Of a DNA stretch of 64,000 bases, positions 27,978-36,421 are shown in pieces (within the stretch, counting starts at the first letter, position 1; each line of letters begins with the position of its first letter). The stretch lies in IMG/VR virus record IMGVR_UViG_3300047160_020067, positions 27,848-91,847 of that record. The stretch is one strand, 5' to 3'. Below the pieces are notes generated by a model. It ran no database searches and was not told where the DNA came from. It saw nothing but the letters and a program-made list of their open reading frames with translations. This stretch comes from a virus. Both the position numbers and the translations under genes were made by a program.

Positions 27978-29203
27978 TATACCGCTCCCGTTTCTATAGC
28001 CTTAGCTGGTTGTGGTTGAAGCGGAGGTCCTTGTGTTGCCGTCGTAATTCGTAGCCGCGGTACAAGAACAAATTGACCTGTTGTCAGAGTAGAACCACGA
28101 ATGTTGTTGTAACGAGCTATACGCTGCCATTCGTGCGGGGTACCGTAATAGCGTGTCGAAACATCGCGCAGATCGATTTCGGCTCGTGCTGTGAAGACAG
28201 CAATCAAATCAGGCAGGATTGATTTCGCTGCAATTTGTTGCTGTGAAATTGCCTCTACTTGAGTGTTACGAAGGGAGCGACGCATACGCCTGGATTGTTT
28301 ATCGGTAGTAAGGCGCTGTCCCAATCTTAATGAATCCGCATCAGGCAGAGAAGCCCCTGGACCAACATCGCCAGGAAAGCTAGCTATAATACCCCACGAA
28401 ACCCTGGCGTCAATTGTATCAATCGAATCCTGAGCATCGCCGCGAATACGATTATATGTAGCCACTAGACGCAATGCCGAAACGGCCGGATCTAGAATAG
28501 CCCCAGCGGTATTATCGATTGTTGCAAAGGCGTCTTGAATAGTAGAATTCAGCTTATTAATCTTGGCGTTCAACGATGCACTGAAGTCTGACAGTGTTAC
28601 CACCAAAGTAGCTCGTGCATTGTTGATATCAGTAAGCACCTGTTGCAGATTTGAAAATGCATCAGCAAGGTTGCTTACCGCCGGAAGAGACGTTTGTTGG
28701 TTACGCGGATCCTCAATTGAGACCCACGAAAACTTGATCTCCCAACTGACATCCTGCTCGCGTTCCCACTCACGCGTAAACTGTTCGATAAAGCCGTGAC
28801 GGGTTTCTGGCCCCCACGTAACTTCTAGCAATTGTCCTTTGCGGCGAAAATCGTCAACAGTTTCAACTACATCAGTTGCTGATGTCAACGCTTGCGACGC
28901 TCCGTTACTGTCCGTCAACAGCACTTGCGCATCAGGCTTCGCAACAAAGAATCCGCTGGTTGTGACGTTTCCAAGGAATCGGTTTTTCCACATCCCGTGG
29001 ATAGTCGTGTCATCCTCTTGCGAGCCGAGAACTTGAACCGTAGCTACGGGACTACCTGGATACCATGTCTTGACCAGTCTTTGCGTACCAGAGAAGGAAA
29101 TAGGCCTATATGGTAGGGCTCGACCGATTAATTCCAGCGTGCGCGAATCGCCGCTTAATTCACGAATTTTGAAACTACCGGCAGTTCCAGCAATTTCCGG
29201 CAT
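27977..29203 (-). CDS. Tail tube initiator with C-terminal LysM/gpX-like domain
   Basis: DLRDVSTRYYGTPHEWQRIARYNNI...GQFVLVP. Confidence 0.75.
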   Translation of the reverse strand: MPEIAGTAGSFKIRELSGDSRTLELIGRALPYRPISFSGTQRLVKTWYPGSPVATVQVLGSQEDDTTIHGMWKNRFLGNVTTSGFFVAKPDAQVLLTDSNGASQALTSATDVVETVDDFRRKGQLLEVTWGPETRHGFIEQFTREWEREQDVSWEIKFSWVSIEDPRNQQTSLPAVSNLADAFSNLQQVLTDINNARATLVVTLSDFSASLNAKINKLNSTIQDAFATIDNTAGAILDPAVSALRLVATYNRIRGDAQDSIDTIDARVSWGIIASFPGDVGPGASLPDADSLRLGQRLTTDKQSRRMRRSLRNTQVEAISQQQIAAKSILPDLIAVFTARAEIDLRDVSTRYYGTPHEWQRIARYNNIRGSTLTTGQFVLVPRLRITTATQGPPLQPQPAKAIETGAV

Positions 29204-30774
29204 TAGCGAATTCCGCCTGTTGGGGCGTGCCCGCTCTGATGCGCGTGTTCTCCAAGCATCGCCATGTCGTTAGCGAAGGCTACAGCTATCCGATCGGGAT
29301 CAAACCCTTCAGCAAACTGCTGTTTAATATCGAAGCGCGACCCACGGAAGTCATACACGCGTTTTTGCTTTTCTGTATATGCGTCCTTAAGTTGCGAGTA
29401 TACTTCCTTGTACAGTTCGGGTGTCGCTAATTTACCCATGCGCTTGATGACATCCATTGCTGTGCCGCCGAGGGCGTCCATAGCCATTACTAGTTTTTCA
29501 GGGGACGCGCTACCAGATAAGACTTGCATACGTTTTTGCGCGAGATGCACCTCATGAGCGAGCATTAATCGCTTTTCTTCTTCTTCGTGTGTGGCATCAA
29601 TCGCATTTTGAACGCTGCCGCGTTCTTCAACTTTTGCACGAAGATGCTCCATTGCGGCTTCAGCTTCCGCTTCTGTAATGACTTTAGCCTCTAGTAATGA
29701 CTGAACGTGCGCACCAAGCACATTGTTAAATTGCGTTTGCTTTTCTAATCCTGCGTGTAATGGCAATGCCTCAATTGTTTTTGCTTCTTGGTCGAGGGTT
29801 GCATTTAATTTAGCTTCGTGGTTCGCTCTGTCTACTGTTGTTGCAATACTATGCTCTGCGGCTTGTTTCAATTTGTCAGTAAATTCCGCCATTTGTTCTG
29901 GTGGAACGCCGACGCGTCGAGCGGCTTGAATCAAGCTATTGTTAAACTGGTCCATCGCATCGCCAGTTTGATCGGTTGGTAGCGCGGCAAGCGATTGAAC
30001 CTCTTTAGCTATTTGGGCGCTGAGCTTGCGCTCGTGAGACATTTTGTCCCAAACACCCCGCACTGCGGAATATTCTGCAGCATTTCTGTAGCCCAACGAC
30101 TTCGCATAATTTTCATTACCCAACTTGACTTTTTCTATTGCTCGTTCTTCTTCAGTAGCTAGATCGTATAGCGTACCTAACACCGGTACGTATTTCATTA
30201 ACGATTCTTCCATATCCTGCCCGCGTCTGCCCATACCTGCAAATACTTTATGTAGCGATTCTGCGCCTTCGTTTAACTTACCCCCTATTGCGTAGCCTAC
30301 TTCAAAGGCACCACCAACAGCTACCGCCTTGCCGGATAAACTAGCAAGCCGTTCTCCTAGCTTTCCCGCTTTTCCGCCCATTGTTGCCATATCAGCTGCA
30401 GCCAGTTGAAGCGCACCGGCGTGACGAATTAAACTACCGAGAAAACTTTTTTCCTCGCCAATTAGTAACGCCGCCATAGCAGCGGAATTTCGATGCAGCG
30501 CATGTTCTTCATGCATTTGAACCCGCATGTGTACTTTGCGCTTACGCATCACCATCATCATTTCGCGGTCTTCTTTGAACATCTCCTTTTCTTCTGGAGA
30601 CAATCCACCGCGACCTTCACCGCCCCCCTGAGCCATAGGCCCAGCTTTTTGTAACGCCTCTTGAGCCTTTTCAGCGCTCGCCTTAACTTGATCAGAAGCA
30701 CGAGAAATTTGTGCTAACGGACCAGAAGCCTCGTCCACCGCAACAAATACCGTTTTCACCTCGTTCATCTGCAT
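29203..30774 (-). CDS. Tape measure protein (short, 523 aa)
   Basis: Ala/Glu/Lys-rich helical protein following the tail chaperones. Confidence 0.75.
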   Translation of the reverse strand: MQMNEVKTVFVAVDEASGPLAQISRASDQVKASAEKAQEALQKAGPMAQGGGEGRGGLSPEEKEMFKEDREMMMVMRKRKVHMRVQMHEEHALHRNSAAMAALLIGEEKSFLGSLIRHAGALQLAAADMATMGGKAGKLGERLASLSGKAVAVGGAFEVGYAIGGKLNEGAESLHKVFAGMGRRGQDMEESLMKYVPVLGTLYDLATEEERAIEKVKLGNENYAKSLGYRNAAEYSAVRGVWDKMSHERKLSAQIAKEVQSLAALPTDQTGDAMDQFNNSLIQAARRVGVPPEQMAEFTDKLKQAAEHSIATTVDRANHEAKLNATLDQEAKTIEALPLHAGLEKQTQFNNVLGAHVQSLLEAKVITEAEAEAAMEHLRAKVEERGSVQNAIDATHEEEEKRLMLAHEVHLAQKRMQVLSGSASPEKLVMAMDALGGTAMDVIKRMGKLATPELYKEVYSQLKDAYTEKQKRVYDFRGSRFDIKQQFAEGFDPDRIAVAFANDMAMLGEHAHQSGHAPTGGIR

Positions 30775-30957
30775 TTACATATCCGTTTCCGGGTGCTCGG
30801 CTGCGACGACGCGTGAGATCTCATTCGTAAATGTTGCCAAGTCGTCTAGCGTCATATTTTTAAGTTCCGATAATTGTTGTCCACCGTATCTGGCGCAGTA
30901 CGCAAAAAGCTCCCATAAGCGCGTGTCAAGACCGCGACGCGCTTTTGCTTGGGCCAT
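30775..30957 (-). CDS. Tail assembly chaperone, T part (reached by -1 frameshift)
   Basis: The -1 frame from the slippery site is open into this ORF. Confidence 0.7.
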   Translation of the reverse strand: MAQAKARRGLDTRLWELFAYCARYGGQQLSELKNMTLDDLATFTNEISRVVAAEHPETDM

Positions 30958-30980
30958 TGCTACGGCGAGGACCGGTGTAC

Positions 30981-31334
30981 CTAGCCCGTCTGTACTTCCT
31001 CGCTCGCGAAAAAAGCGTCTTCGTCATCCTTGTTGGGGGAAGTCCGCTTGTTGTACGCTTGGAGGATGAGTGAACGTACTTTTTCCCCACAGCGCTCCCA
31101 GAACTTGTCGACGTCACCATCAGCGTAACTTACTGCCTGTCCATCAAGCTGTACGATAGAACGCTTAGCCGCATCGTACTGGGTCCGCATGTACTCGGCG
31201 CGGCCAACACGATGTGCTTGTAGTTCATCGCTAGCCGTTAGCGCCTTCATTGTGATCTTTTCCGGAAGTTGATAGCCGTTGGCCATCTCCTTACGAATAG
31301 CTTCGGGAATCTTGTACGTATACATTTGTGCCAT
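30981..31334 (-). CDS. Tail assembly chaperone G
   Basis: Between tube and tape measure; slippery heptamer near the 3' end. Confidence 0.75.
   Translation of the reverse strand: MAQMYTYKIPEAIRKEMANGYQLPEKITMKALTASDELQAHRVGRAEYMRTQYDAAKRSIVQLDGQAVSYADGDVDKFWERCGEKVRSLILQAYNKRTSPNKDDEDAFFASEEVQTG
31008..31014 (-). promoter_or_regulatory. -1 programmed frameshift heptamer T TTT TTC
   Basis: gcT TTT TTC in the zero frame; the -1 frame reads FRERGSTDGLGTPVLAVA into MAQAK. Confidence 0.75.
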
Positions 31335-31357
31335 AGTCGAGCCCTCCTATTAGCTTT

Positions 31358-31792
31358 TTAGGTGCTGATGAATTCGAAATCAGACCCCTCGAATTCAAGC
31401 GTCAGTTCGCCGTAGTCCGAGCGGCTTCCGAAAACAAACGGTTGCTCGCCGAAGAAAACGTTATTCATTTGAACGCGTGGACGGTCACCATTAGGGAAGT
31501 TCAGCGTAGCCTTGATATTGATCTGCGTCCCCGGTTCGCGGCGGCGAGCGCGATTCACTACCGACGCCATGAAATTCAGAAAGGTCTGATTTTCGACGTG
31601 TAGCGTCATACGGCCACGGATACCGCGAAAAATCTCGTCGCGGCGGTCCGTAGTCTCTCCCAGGTAGCCTTCGCGGAGCAGCTCGAGTTGAACCGCAACT
31701 TCAAATGAGCGGACGTCGGTAATGGTATCTTGTGGTTGGCCATCCACAACCATAAGTACCTCCACCTCTTGGCCTTTTATCCGTTGGGCGAT
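31358..31792 (-). CDS. Tail tube protein (probable ATC start)
   Basis: Precedes the chaperones; GGAGG 8 nt upstream of ATC-GCC-CAA-CGG (AQRIKGQEV). Confidence 0.75.
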   Translation of the reverse strand: MAQRIKGQEVEVLMVVDGQPQDTITDVRSFEVAVQLELLREGYLGETTDRRDEIFRGIRGRMTLHVENQTFLNFMASVVNRARRREPGTQINIKATLNFPNGDRPRVQMNNVFFGEQPFVFGSRSDYGELTLEFEGSDFEFIST

Positions 31793-31793
31793 T

Positions 31794-32396
31794 TTAATAT
31801 CCTCCGGCGATCCCGACGCTGAGCCACCTCGCAAGTAGCTTGTCGCCTTTTTTCGTATTACAAGGGCTGCAAGCAGGAACGATGTTATCCATCGTATGCG
31901 AACCTCCCCTAGCGATTGGCGTTACGTGATCCTGAGTCGGCTCGGAACACGGTGCTAAACAATACGCACAACGACCGCCGAAGTATTCAACGATCTCCCG
32001 CCATTGTTGTTGTGTAAGCGTTGATTCTGCCCCTTCTAGGCGAGCCCTCCTACGCTCTTGGGAGTTTCTATGGTTTGATCTATATTTTTCGGTCGTAAAG
32101 TATTCTGGATGTGTTTTGAACCAACGCGCATAAGTAGCGCTGGTTTTATCGCGGTTTTTGCTCGCCCACCCTCGTTTATATGCATTCCACTGGTCTCGGT
32201 TGCGTGCATGCCACCGCTTAATTGCCGCGTTAATTGCTGGTTTTTCGCATTCCTTGCATTGGCTGCGCAGATACATATAACCAGCAACCGTGCGTGTTCT
32301 GAACGCCAAAGAAGGCAGCAAGCGGGCACACGTTGAGCATGTCGCATCAACGCCGGGAATACGCTTGCTAGATCCTACCTTTCTTCCTCGCGGCAT
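31794..32396 (-). CDS. HNH homing endonuclease
   Basis: CAYC...DHVTPIARGGSHTMDNIVPACSPCNTKK. Confidence 0.9.
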   Translation of the reverse strand: MPRGRKVGSSKRIPGVDATCSTCARLLPSLAFRTRTVAGYMYLRSQCKECEKPAINAAIKRWHARNRDQWNAYKRGWASKNRDKTSATYARWFKTHPEYFTTEKYRSNHRNSQERRRARLEGAESTLTQQQWREIVEYFGGRCAYCLAPCSEPTQDHVTPIARGGSHTMDNIVPACSPCNTKKGDKLLARWLSVGIAGGY

Positions 32397-32406
32397 TTCT
32401 ACCCCC

Positions 32407-32456
32407 TAAAAATAAAAACGCGTGGCAGGTGCGGCTTTCGTCGCCTCTGCCACGCG
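32407..32456 (-). terminator. Hairpin plus U-tract upstream of the HNH gene
   Basis: cgcgtggcag/ctgccacgcg 10-bp inverted repeat, GAAA loop, then ttttttattttt-like tract on the minus strand. Confidence 0.6.
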
Positions 32457-32519
32457 CCCTATCCCTCGGGAGGGCTCTACCCGAGGTGCAGCCGTGGTTA
32501 CTTACTGCCCTAATTCTTT

Positions 32520-32547
32520 AGCCTATCCAACCTCTATCTATTGTCAA
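32520..32547 (-). promoter_or_regulatory. Sigma70-like promoter for the HNH cassette
   Basis: TTGACA-16 nt-TAGGCT. Confidence 0.4.
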
Positions 32548-32548
32548 G

Positions 32549-35500
32549 CTACTCCGACCCGACCATAAAATGCCAGGTGTACGCGGTACCAGTAACCAAA
32601 GCGGCGGTCGACGAATTTAACGTAAACGATCCAGCTGCTGGTGTATCAACATAGAGAGCCGCTGCCGCTGCGGCATTTGGGTCACCGGCGGAGAAACTTG
32701 GATGTACGGCGTTATTAAACGCTTGAGCAAACGTAATTGTAGCAATCGTTGCCGATGTTGCGGGAGCGCCAGCCGTTGTTACAACCATTGTAAAATAGTT
32801 GTCATTTCCAGTAATTGTAAAGGTTGCGCCTGTTCCTGCCCCCGTCCCCAAAACTACGCTGGGGATGCCCACATGACTCGGTAACACGCCATGACTTGTT
32901 CCAACACCCTGACGTTCGATACGATTACCACGGTCATCTGTGAAACCGCTTGTCGAAAGATCCTGATAGGAACGCTTAAGCGTACCGACTTGCGTATCGT
33001 TACTGGTTTTTTCCGTCCAAGAAATCGCACCGTTGTTTGTATCAGGTACTGTCTTGTTCGGAGAGATCACGTCAACTGAGGTTGCGCTACTGTACACCGC
33101 GATGTAGAAAGTATCGTTGTTACCGATCGCCGCGGCACCAGTCAACGTTAGCAAATGACCAACCGAGGACGGAGTCATTCCCGTAAGACCAGTAACGCGC
33201 ATTTGGCCCGCAGCAGCGCCGGACACGATATTTGCAGCCGCGCCGGTTTGACCGCCGATCGCGGTAGGCGGCGCTGCGACTGTTGCACCCGCCCCAACGA
33301 GCGCTTGTGATACGTTATCGGCGTGAACACCGACACCGCCACCGGCACCGAGTCCAGACATATCCGAAACACCAATATAAGATCCTTCAATTAACGAGAC
33401 ACAATCGGTAGTAAAATTACGACAATAAATTCGATTGAGCTGATCGAAATCGTTGGTCGTCGTGGTGCTAAGACCAGTAGAACGCCGAGCAAGCTTTATC
33501 GTAGACGCATCCCAAATCACGGGCTGTCCTACCGCGCCACCGGGGCGAATTGTAGAAAGGGAGTGTACTACGATGGAGGAAGACTTCATATCAACCGCAG
33601 CAGCTACTCTGGATAAATTATCTACTATCAATGTAGAGCCCGGCGACATAACTAACGGACAACGACTATTAGCCCGTGCGTCGAGCGTAAACGTGGTACC
33701 ACTGACGCCTAAAGCCGACTTGCGCAGCGAAGACGCTGGGCTTGCAGGACCGAGAAAGGCTGTAAACACATCGTCGCTTGCTGCTAAGGCCTTAGACACC
33801 TCTAATAGCGAAGACGCGCCACTAACAGTGCAAGCTTCAAATTGTACTTGGCCAAATATTGTTATCCCGCCCGTCCATGAAATATTTTTCCACCCAACAG
33901 CAGATAAAGCTTCAGAAGTTGGGTTCATGGCGGTAGAAATAATTGTTGCTGGTTGGTCAACTCGGACAAGTGAGTTGACGATTAGGGCCGCACTCATCGG
34001 AGTATTCGGATGAAATACCGTACCAGCTGGTACGCTCCAATTGACTGTAGGAACGGCTGCTGTACCGCCTGAACCGTAATCTGGCGTGGTGAACGTTGTA
34101 GAGGATACAACGTCGACAGTCGAGGCAGATAGCACATTTAGAATACAATATGTTTTGTTGTTGGCACCAGTTCCAGCATTAGTAATAACAATCAAGCGAT
34201 TGATAAAATCACTTGTCATACCTGACAGACCAGCAATTCGGATAATACGATTTGTTCCAGCCCCGGGGCCCGTGGGAACAAGAAGTGCTGCCGCTGTACC
34301 AGATACCGGAGACGCCAGCGATTTAGTCGAGCCGCGAAGCATGGCGTTTTCGGCTGGTAGCTTATTTGGCGCACCTTCAGTCCATGTAATTGTACCGTTA
34401 TTAGCATCTGGAACGACAGCATTAACGTTAGAGACATCCACCGAGGTAGCACTAACGTAATTGACAACCGGCCAAGTGCCGTTATTTGCCGCAGAAGCCG
34501 CACCGGAGATTGTTATAACGTTTCCAACTGATAGTTGACTCATACCAGTAAGACCAGATAGACGCATACGACCAGCCGCGGCACCCGCAACAATGCTGGC
34601 GGCGCTGCCAGTCTGACCGGGAAACGCCACAGCGGCGCCCACGTTGACGAGTAAGGTCAGTGTAGACAAATAATAAGTATCATTGGCCGCTACACCAGTG
34701 GTAAGCGCCCCAATGTTTACTGCCTTTACGCTATCGGCGATATGCGTAACAGTTAGATCCCCAAGCTGAGATACGAGTTCACCAGCGTGATTTACCCCAA
34801 CAGGTGGTTGAGATCCATCACCTTTACCATTACCGTACAAATTACCAAAATTCGGGCGGGACGAATTGGCTGGAAGCGTGTAAGTTCCAGGAGCAATCCT
34901 ACCAAGCATAGTTTGAGAAAACCCATAAGCGTTGCAAAAACGACGAAAGTACTCAGCGAGAGTTTGTACCGGTTGAATAAGAACATATGTCGTTCCGTTA
35001 GCCGGAGTACCAGAAGTCGGGCTCGTCGTCGCGAGGAAGTTTTCGTTTAGATAAAATGTAGTAGTATCGTTTGCAATCACCCGTCGGCATTGTAACGTTT
35101 GAGTGCCGCTCGTAATCACAAGCAGATAACCACGATATTGATTCGCCGACATTGATTTAGTATTGTCGGTGAGGGAAAGTGCTGTAGCCGCAGTTGAACT
35201 ACCAGAGAGTACAGGATCCGTTGGCGCTGAATCACTACCAAAAACCGGGTCAACTGCGTATGTACCGTTAACACCAAAAAGAAGTACGTTATCGAGCTTA
35301 CTTTTGTCGGCGCTGCTCAAAAATCCATTCGCAGAACCACTTGGGGCGGTAGCAGAAATAACCGTCCCGTGAAGGCTTCCGGCTCCCCGATTACCGTGTT
35401 GCGCATCAGAAATAACGCCGACAGCAAGACCTGATGCATTAGAGGTAAGCGACGAGTCAGCAACCTTAGTGCCAAGACCGTTAATAGGATCGTCTTTTAG

Positions 35501-35746
35501 GCCGCCGTTAGGATCAAGTGAAATCTGGTTAGCCGGATTTGTGTTATGAATCGAAACTGGCTGCAAATCCCCAACAATTTCAAACTGAAGATTCGGTGAC
35601 GTAAATTCTTTACCGCCAAGGTTTGCAATAACCGTTGGCATGTCGTTACTTAAAATCGCAGTTTGTCCTGGCTCCAAAATTCCGCTGTACGGAGGCGGAA
35701 ATGTAAACATTGCCGAGCCAACGTTTCTCACTAGCGTACGTGCCAT
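32549..35746 (-). CDS. Large fibre-like virion protein (1065 aa)
   Basis: G/A/S/T-rich; three copies of an ~80-aa beta domain (GLTGM...NN.T..V....SATSVDV). Confidence 0.65.
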   Translation of the reverse strand: MARTLVRNVGSAMFTFPPPYSGILEPGQTAILSNDMPTVIANLGGKEFTSPNLQFEIVGDLQPVSIHNTNPANQISLDPNGGLKDDPINGLGTKVADSSLTSNASGLAVGVISDAQHGNRGAGSLHGTVISATAPSGSANGFLSSADKSKLDNVLLFGVNGTYAVDPVFGSDSAPTDPVLSGSSTAATALSLTDNTKSMSANQYRGYLLVITSGTQTLQCRRVIANDTTTFYLNENFLATTSPTSGTPANGTTYVLIQPVQTLAEYFRRFCNAYGFSQTMLGRIAPGTYTLPANSSRPNFGNLYGNGKGDGSQPPVGVNHAGELVSQLGDLTVTHIADSVKAVNIGALTTGVAANDTYYLSTLTLLVNVGAAVAFPGQTGSAASIVAGAAAGRMRLSGLTGMSQLSVGNVITISGAASAANNGTWPVVNYVSATSVDVSNVNAVVPDANNGTITWTEGAPNKLPAENAMLRGSTKSLASPVSGTAAALLVPTGPGAGTNRIIRIAGLSGMTSDFINRLIVITNAGTGANNKTYCILNVLSASTVDVVSSTTFTTPDYGSGGTAAVPTVNWSVPAGTVFHPNTPMSAALIVNSLVRVDQPATIISTAMNPTSEALSAVGWKNISWTGGITIFGQVQFEACTVSGASSLLEVSKALAASDDVFTAFLGPASPASSLRKSALGVSGTTFTLDARANSRCPLVMSPGSTLIVDNLSRVAAAVDMKSSSIVVHSLSTIRPGGAVGQPVIWDASTIKLARRSTGLSTTTTNDFDQLNRIYCRNFTTDCVSLIEGSYIGVSDMSGLGAGGGVGVHADNVSQALVGAGATVAAPPTAIGGQTGAAANIVSGAAAGQMRVTGLTGMTPSSVGHLLTLTGAAAIGNNDTFYIAVYSSATSVDVISPNKTVPDTNNGAISWTEKTSNDTQVGTLKRSYQDLSTSGFTDDRGNRIERQGVGTSHGVLPSHVGIPSVVLGTGAGTGATFTITGNDNYFTMVVTTAGAPATSATIATITFAQAFNNAVHPSFSAGDPNAAAAAALYVDTPAAGSFTLNSSTAALVTGTAYTWHFMVGSE

Positions 35747-35788
35747 GACTTATCCTTTAATCATTACGGTGGCTTGCAATTAGTACAC

Positions 35789-36409
35789 TTACGCCCAAGC
35801 CATTACCTTAAACTTTTTGCCGGACGTCACCGTAAGGACAATGTTAGTACCGTCATGAGCGCCTTCCGTTACGGTATAAACCCCCACAGTTACTGGTGAC
35901 GTATCCGTTGGAGCGGCAAATACTGCAGTAGGCGTTGTTCCAAGGCCATGCGCAATATTTTGCGGGGCACCGGTGCCGGTTTGCTCCGTCGAAATGAACA
36001 TTGCGGTCTTAGCTTTAGTAATTTTGCCAGCGCCAACCGTAGCTGCCGGAAGATTACCAGATAGATCGCCACCGAGATGCGAACCAGCGCCACCAGCACC
36101 GCTCGCGGCTAGTTTATCAAGTGCCGCACCAATACTCGCCGGAACCGTAGCGGACCAATCACCAGCGGTACCTGGTGTATATGCCTCTGCGCCGCCAGAA
36201 CCCTCAGCATTTGGCGTAATGGCACCACTTTGCCCGTCAACAACAGTCTGCAAATCGACGTATGTCGACAAAGGATTACCAAGCACCGAGGCGACATTAG
36301 AAGCAGTATCTGCAATAATTACTGCTTGTCCTGGTGCCAATACCTTACTCCCGTAAACCGGTGGGAGCTGAAACATACCAGTAGATCGGTTCGTAACCAG
36401 AGTTGCCAT
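35789..36409 (-). CDS. Virion protein sharing an N-terminal domain with 32549..35746
   Basis: MATLVTN..GMFQLPPVY..LAPGQAVI; C-terminal IAHGLGTTP. Confidence 0.6.
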   Translation of the reverse strand: MATLVTNRSTGMFQLPPVYGSKVLAPGQAVIIADTASNVASVLGNPLSTYVDLQTVVDGQSGAITPNAEGSGGAEAYTPGTAGDWSATVPASIGAALDKLAASGAGGAGSHLGGDLSGNLPAATVGAGKITKAKTAMFISTEQTGTGAPQNIAHGLGTTPTAVFAAPTDTSPVTVGVYTVTEGAHDGTNIVLTVTSGKKFKVMAWA

Positions 36410-36421
36410 CTTTCAATCCTC

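Noticed and set aside
31794-32548. Group I intron carrying the HNH
   Set aside because: No P7/R/S core motifs were recognised and no interrupted exon was found on either side.
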